From the NCBI GenBank assembly GCA_008080745.1, contig SHMX01000004.1, positions 270,001-302,000 of the forward strand: a stretch of DNA of 32,000 nt. The letters run 5' to 3'. The stretch is from Candidatus Thorarchaeota archaeon (GTDB taxonomy: Archaea > Asgardarchaeota > Thorarchaeia > Thorarchaeales > Thorarchaeaceae). This document shows positions 27,152 through 32,000 of the stretch, in pieces (position 1 is the first letter of the stretch; each line of letters opens with the position of its first letter). The translations under genes were made by a program, and so were the position numbers. The notes below the pieces were generated by a model. That model did no database searches, had not been told where the DNA came from, and saw nothing but the letters and a program-made list of their open reading frames with translations.

Positions 27152-28534
27152 CTATTCCATCGTTTCTCCAGGTGTCATATAATAGCTAAATAGTTCTCTG
27201 AAGTCACTAATGGCACTGACTAGTTCTTTTCTCGTGGTACCTTTGGATCGCATAAACCAACCTTGTTTCAAGGGAGAAGAACCACTGTGAAGATTAACGA
27301 GCTGAGTGGCCTCGTTAATGATTTGAACTAGCTCGGGTATCTTAGGTAGACCAAGTAAGAGCAATAGGTTTGTGGAGGGGTCTTTGTCATAATACTGCAC
27401 ATAACATGGAGTTATTGCTGCTCCCGGTGCAATGAATTTATCCAGTGATTCCTTAAGATGCATTCCATATTCTGCCTTTGAAATATGTCTTGGTCCACTG
27501 AATACATAATATACACTCTCTGCATTTGGTTGATCTCCAACGTCTGCATAGGAGGTTTCTTTGATTGCATAATCCACCATTGCACGAAGCTGTTTAGGCA
27601 TACTTCCTGCATCAGGAATAAGACCGATATCTTGGTAGAGTGCTGGAACAACAACTGGATCAAGTTTTCTAGAGTAATCTGCAAGGTCCGTTGTGGGAAA
27701 CACATCCTTGTTACCTTCGTAGACACCAGGTGATAACATCGCCTCAATCACGTCCAGTGCCAGAGGGTTAACCAATTCAACAAAAGCTTGTTCCGTTCGT
27801 TTATCCATATCTTCCGTTTCATCAAGGGTTGAGGGCACCTTTGTTTCAATCTGATCGATACTTGCAATATCCACATCAAGTTCTCGCTGAAGATAATCAA
27901 CGCTGTCAGATTTTCTTGAATTGAGAATTCTTTTGAGCATAGTACGATTACTAAGCAATATGGTAAGATCTGCACCCCTCTCTTGCAACTGTGCCCGGAG
28001 GAGTTTGGATACCGCCCAAATAGAATTCAATGCCTCACTGGATTGACCCTCGAATGGGAGTACTCCGATTACGTATACAAAGATACGCCTTCCCTCTTCC
28101 TCTTGGAATCTCTGTTTGAGAAGTTCAATGATTGCAGGTGTTCCACCACAACCTGTACCTCCGCCAAGACTAGTAAAGATACAGAATCCAGAAACTCCTT
28201 CAAATCCGAGGTTTCCCAGCTGATCAAAGATAATATCTTTTGACTCCATCATGGCGTTGTATCCATCCATGAACCGGCCACCCACACCAATCTCTGATGC
28301 ACCATATAGCATCGTATTTTCCTTGGGGATACCATATTTTGATCGCACCTTTGTCAAGTCAGCTCGGTCTGTATTCATCAACATGTAGCCTCTAACTCGA
28401 GATGGGAGTTTCTTGTCTCTACTTGTCTGTAGATAAGAGCCTACTATGTTTGAACCACATTCTCCTATGCCGATGGCAAAGACCTCGGCTGCTTTGGTCG
28501 TTTCGTCGCTTTCGCTTCCTCTCATTCTATGCAT
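27152..28534 (-). CDS. Divergent tubulin/FtsZ/CetZ superfamily GTPase
   Basis: T1 IGIGECGSNI, T2 MNTD, T3 GVGG, T4 SLGGGTGCG, T5 GVLPF, T6 NSIW, T7 TTDLADY. FtsZ/CetZ-like C-domain (VFSGP...LLLLGL). AGGGGT RBS. Confidence 0.9.
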   Translation of the reverse strand: MHRMRGSESDETTKAAEVFAIGIGECGSNIVGSYLQTSRDKKLPSRVRGYMLMNTDRADLTKVRSKYGIPKENTMLYGASEIGVGGRFMDGYNAMMESKDIIFDQLGNLGFEGVSGFCIFTSLGGGTGCGGTPAIIELLKQRFQEEEGRRIFVYVIGVLPFEGQSSEALNSIWAVSKLLRAQLQERGADLTILLSNRTMLKRILNSRKSDSVDYLQRELDVDIASIDQIETKVPSTLDETEDMDKRTEQAFVELVNPLALDVIEAMLSPGVYEGNKDVFPTTDLADYSRKLDPVVVPALYQDIGLIPDAGSMPKQLRAMVDYAIKETSYADVGDQPNAESVYYVFSGPRHISKAEYGMHLKESLDKFIAPGAAITPCYVQYYDKDPSTNLLLLLGLPKIPELVQIINEATQLVNLHSGSSPLKQGWFMRSKGTTRKELVSAISDFRELFSYYMTPGETME

Positions 28535-28553
28535 GATCTATAACCCCTTTTGA

Positions 28554-31256
28554 CTATCCGCGTGTTTCTACCATTGCACGAACCAATACTTGTACGGCCC
28601 AGGATAGATACGAGCTAATGTCTTCTCTGCTAAAGGTCTCACGTATCTTCCTCGTAGAATCGTCAATAAACTTACTTCGTTCGTCTGCGCTCGCACTTGC
28701 ACTGAAGCCTGCCATGTATACACGGAGTGATTTATGCCAGTCATCCATCTTTGCAGCTTTTTCTACCCAATCAACTCGCATCTTTGAGAGTTCATTAAAC
28801 CATTCGATGGCATTGTCCAGCGATTTTGCATTCTTGAGTTGTTGCTCAAGTTTGTCCATCTTTTTCAAATCAAAGATAAGCCGACTGAAATCATCGGGAT
28901 GCAACTTGTATACTCTTTCAATAGTTGAGTAGTATTTGCTCTTTGCACGAATATCTTTATCGTGTGCTTCCTTGTCTTTTGCTGCAATACCTTTGATCAC
29001 ATCAAGCATCTCTTCCTGGATGTTTGCCAAGGTCAGACAGACATCCAATGCTTCATTTACATGCTTAGAGCTCTCTGAGAGTTGCGATGGTACTCGGTCC
29101 AATAGAGTTGATAATCGTTGGACAAAGTCTGACATTCCTTGTTCTTCAAAAATTGACACAGCATCCTTGATTTGACGATATGCATCATTTGCTCTGGAAC
29201 GAACTTTCTTGTGAACAGCTTCTGAAGTTGTGAGGTTTTCTAGCTTGTCGAATGCGTCAGCTGCCTCATCTAATTCTTCTGGAGGCGATTCCTTAATCTC
29301 ACTAACGATTCCAATCTCCTTATCCACGTCAACTCCAATGCTTTGAGCTTTCTCAAGCATTCCTAGAAGACCATCTACCTCTTCCTCTAATACTTCAAGT
29401 ATCTTGTCTGTAATCTTGTGTTCATATAATTCAATCATTCTTCGAGCTATTGCAGGTAGGCTGAAGACATTGTCAGCTGCTACACCTACATTATTCAATT
29501 CACTAATAGCTTCTTGAATCTCTCCCGGAATCTCAACTCCTGCACCCATCAGTTTAGCTGCCGCCAGTCGAATCTTCACTTGAAGTCGATATCTCAAGTT
29601 TTCCAGAGCATCTTTTGCTTTGGCTAGAATTGTATCCTTTATTGTTCTCATCTCTGAACGAATCTCGCTGAACTCGTTCATCCCTTGGATACGCAAGGAA
29701 CCTTCTTCCAATTCAACATTGATAGGCATGAAAATTTCTGCATATTGTGGTTTGATTGTCTGAAGATCTTGTACAATTGCATCAATCTCTTGTTGGCAAG
29801 CCTCTCTAAATGTTGCAACACCACTTTCGACAGCTTGTCGAAGATTCTTCAAAGATTCTAGGAGAAAGACGATTCCTCCTTCCAGATCTTCTACCTTTGG
29901 TGCTTTCTTGCTTAGCTGCGCATAATCTAATACACGATCTGCAGAAGTAGCTAATTCGTTGAATCTTGTAATGTAGCTCTTAATCAGATCGGTCACATGT
30001 GTTCGATATTCTTCTTCTCTCTCTGAGGCTTTCAGGTATATCTTGATCATACCATCTATATCTGCAGAAGATAGATTCTTCTTCCATTCAGCAATGTCCT
30101 TTCGAGCTTCAAGAACATCATCAATCCCACAATCATCAGGTTTATCTGTTGCCTTTGCCAACTCCTCTAGTGATTCTTCAATCTCTTGTTTGAGTGAGAT
30201 TCGTACCTGACTTGTCCATTCTACCATTTTTTGATAGGAAGCAAGAAGATTTGCAATATCATTACCTTCCACTCCAACGGTAGGTGCCTCAGGGATAATA
30301 TCTGAGGTTGTGGGGATTCCGCCTGCGACTATTTTTGTTGTTATCTCATGCTTTAGGTTGATAATTTTGTCACGGAGCATATTTCCCATTTGAAGTCTAG
30401 CTGTCTGTAATTGGTTTTCTAGGCTTATCAGCGTGGTAAGATTTGATGCCTTTGAAGCATCACGAGCAAGAATCCTCAGTTTTTGAGTGAAATCCATGGG
30501 GAGATCCAAACCAATTTTAGCAGCAGTTTCAACATATGCTTGTAAAGCTTCAACATCCGTCATGAGTGCTGTCGTAAGCATTCTACCGACTTCATCCTTT
30601 CTTCCATCCAGATACGTTCTTTCAACCTGCAGTTTCTCCATGATTCGAATGAGGTCAGCTAGAGACATATGTGATACATCATCGTTTGAGATAGTGGTAG
30701 TCACTTCTCCTCTATCGATAGTGATGTGTCGTTCATAGGTTTCAACAATTCTTTTGTTCTCATCAAGAAGAGATTTAACCTCACGGGCAAAGTCTTCATG
30801 AAGCGATGTAACCATGCTTGAGAATTTTTTCATAAATTGATAAAGAGCATTAAGATCTTCTGGTTGCCCTGTCCCTACACTGGGTATTGATAGTCCCTTA
30901 AGGGCACTTGCCTCCTTAGGCTTCAGGGTTTGAAGATTTGGTACAATAGACATAATTTTCCTGTGTTCTTTAGTTGAGAGGTCTCCAAAGTCTCGGGTGA
31001 CTCTCATAAAATCTTCTTCAAATTCAGATTGAACCTTTTCAAATTGACCTTCGACTTTTCGTTTTTTTAGAAATCCTGCTTCTTCAACTTCTTGTTCCAA
31101 TTTTGTTAGTGAGGCAAAAACGTCAAAGAGATGACGAACCTGTCTACTAACGTTCTCTTCCAGCGAAGGATTAAGAGAAATCAGTATTCCTTTCAAATCA
31201 GCGAGCTTATCCAGCTCACGCCTCCATGCATGAGTATCCAAATGAGTTTCCTCCAT
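28554..31256 (-). CDS. Large alpha-helical repeat / coiled-coil protein (900 aa, ~65-aa periodicity); first gene of the tubulin-like operon
   Basis: E/K/L/A-rich with no catalytic motif or TM segment. Recurrent helix-break motifs AKIGLDLP, AGGIP, DCGID, GAGVEIP, QSIGVDVD, EQGMSD. Confidence 0.8.
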   Translation of the reverse strand: MEETHLDTHAWRRELDKLADLKGILISLNPSLEENVSRQVRHLFDVFASLTKLEQEVEEAGFLKKRKVEGQFEKVQSEFEEDFMRVTRDFGDLSTKEHRKIMSIVPNLQTLKPKEASALKGLSIPSVGTGQPEDLNALYQFMKKFSSMVTSLHEDFAREVKSLLDENKRIVETYERHITIDRGEVTTTISNDDVSHMSLADLIRIMEKLQVERTYLDGRKDEVGRMLTTALMTDVEALQAYVETAAKIGLDLPMDFTQKLRILARDASKASNLTTLISLENQLQTARLQMGNMLRDKIINLKHEITTKIVAGGIPTTSDIIPEAPTVGVEGNDIANLLASYQKMVEWTSQVRISLKQEIEESLEELAKATDKPDDCGIDDVLEARKDIAEWKKNLSSADIDGMIKIYLKASEREEEYRTHVTDLIKSYITRFNELATSADRVLDYAQLSKKAPKVEDLEGGIVFLLESLKNLRQAVESGVATFREACQQEIDAIVQDLQTIKPQYAEIFMPINVELEEGSLRIQGMNEFSEIRSEMRTIKDTILAKAKDALENLRYRLQVKIRLAAAKLMGAGVEIPGEIQEAISELNNVGVAADNVFSLPAIARRMIELYEHKITDKILEVLEEEVDGLLGMLEKAQSIGVDVDKEIGIVSEIKESPPEELDEAADAFDKLENLTTSEAVHKKVRSRANDAYRQIKDAVSIFEEQGMSDFVQRLSTLLDRVPSQLSESSKHVNEALDVCLTLANIQEEMLDVIKGIAAKDKEAHDKDIRAKSKYYSTIERVYKLHPDDFSRLIFDLKKMDKLEQQLKNAKSLDNAIEWFNELSKMRVDWVEKAAKMDDWHKSLRVYMAGFSASASADERSKFIDDSTRKIRETFSREDISSYLSWAVQVLVRAMVETRG

Positions 31257-31484
31257 TAATAGAGCGGCTATAGATTCATTTCATATCTACTATATTAGTG
31301 TGTTTTGGCTGTTTAGATAAATCTTGGCGCGGTTTTTTGCTCCTTTTTCGAGCTATTTTCGATAAATCGACATATTTTTGCCATGAGAAACAACCTCTTA
31401 ACGGGTAAATGATACATGAGGAAATCCCTTAAGAGATTAAAAGTATCGATTTTGGTAGCGAATGTTTAGTAGGACTGAATAATT

Positions 31485-32000
31485 GTGTCCACAGCGGGAG
31501 GAGCAGCTGAAAGTCTGACTCTAATACATGAAACTGTTGCGGTTCTGGAAATGAATGCAACACATATTGTTCATGATACGAGTTATCTTTACGCTGCCTG
31601 TTCAGATCAGCGGGTGCGAGTAATATCTCGCGAAGATTGGCAGATTAAGGCTGTCTTAGGTGAGACTAGTTCTGAACCATTGTCTGTTCATGTTGACGAT
31701 GAGCACATCTATGCAACTTGTGAGAAACGTGTCTACGTTTGGAAGAAAGAGACCTGGGGCATGCTTGGATGGTTTGAATTGAGCTATCAAGCTGTAACTT
31801 CTACTCTCAGAGGCGATTATCTCTATGTGGGAGCTAAAGAAGGACGACTTGTAGCTATTAAAAAAGACACACATGAAACCTCAAGTTGGCAACTTCACAA
31901 AACCGACATAACGACTTTATGGTCAGATGAAACTCATATTTGCACGGGAACGAAAAAATCCGTGCCAACTGTCTGGTCTCACAAGAAGAATAATCAGCCG
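31485..32000 (+). CDS. WD40-like beta-propeller protein, 5' part only (runs off the window)
   Basis: Manually translated from GTG 31485. Repeats: HDTSYLYAACSDQRVRV, VDDEHIYATCEKRVYVW, GDYLYVGAKEGRLVAI, LHKTDITTLWSDETHICTG...VW. No stop up to 32000. Confidence 0.75.
   Translation, partial: MSTAGGAAESLTLIHETVAVLEMNATHIVHDTSYLYAACSDQRVRVISREDWQIKAVLGETSSEPLSVHVDDEHIYATCEKRVYVWKKETWGMLGWFELSYQAVTSTLRGDYLYVGAKEGRLVAIKKDTHETSSWQLHKTDITTLWSDETHICTGTKKSVPTVWSHKKNNQP

Noticed and set aside
27152-28534. Calling the gene ftsZ, cetZ or tubulin
   Set aside because: The motifs are mosaic and assignment needs a phylogeny, so no gene symbol was given.
31313-31384. 23-codon minus-strand ORF (MAKICRF...) upstream of the 900-aa gene
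   Set aside because: Too short, with no RBS or homology evidence. It is probably promoter sequence.
1526-31874. Numerous short antisense or overlapping ORFs in the track (e.g. 3084-3518, 5041-5376, 7612-7908, 19027-19332, 21106-21519, 24996-25379, 27412-27747, 28618-28932, 31656-31874)
   Set aside because: They are shadows of well-supported genes on the other strand or frame and have no recognisable motifs.
1-32000. CRISPR arrays, transposases, integrases, tRNA or rRNA genes
   Set aside because: No regularly spaced repeats, DDE/HUH/tyrosine-recombinase motifs or canonical RNA gene signatures were found by eye.

Overview
Archaeal chromosomal DNA, roughly 40% GC by eye. It has TATA-like promoters, a type 2 IPP isomerase and a PurP pair. 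An Asgard (Thorarchaeia-like) origin is plausible from the tubulin-like, SCP2, WD40 and HDAC content, but this is inference only. From left to right: (1) 1-9.2 kb is mixed housekeeping/accessory genes: a partial YyaL/SPATA20 thioredoxin-glycosidase-fold protein, an MBL hydrolase, small membrane proteins, a stand-alone TGT-fold protein with a GC-rich hairpin leader, a PRC-barrel, a thioredoxin, an amidohydrolase, an SCP2-domain protein and a class I HDAC/AcuC. (2) An intergenic ~120-nt four-way-junction structure at 9278-9396 is a candidate ncRNA. (3) A 12.4-kb minus-strand purine cluster reads purN-purF-purP-purP'-purC::purS-purQ-purL-purE::purM-purD-guaA and contains two unusual fusions. (4) fni, an ADP-forming acyl-CoA ligase alpha subunit and a small Cys-rich gene follow. 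(5) A tightly packed three-gene minus-strand operon encodes a 900-aa protein with ~65-aa helical repeats, a divergent tubulin/CetZ-like GTPase with intact T4 and T7 motifs, and a 363-aa helical protein. A WD40 gene is transcribed divergently from it. This operon is the best candidate for an undescribed (cytoskeletal) system. No tRNA, rRNA, CRISPR array or transposase was seen.
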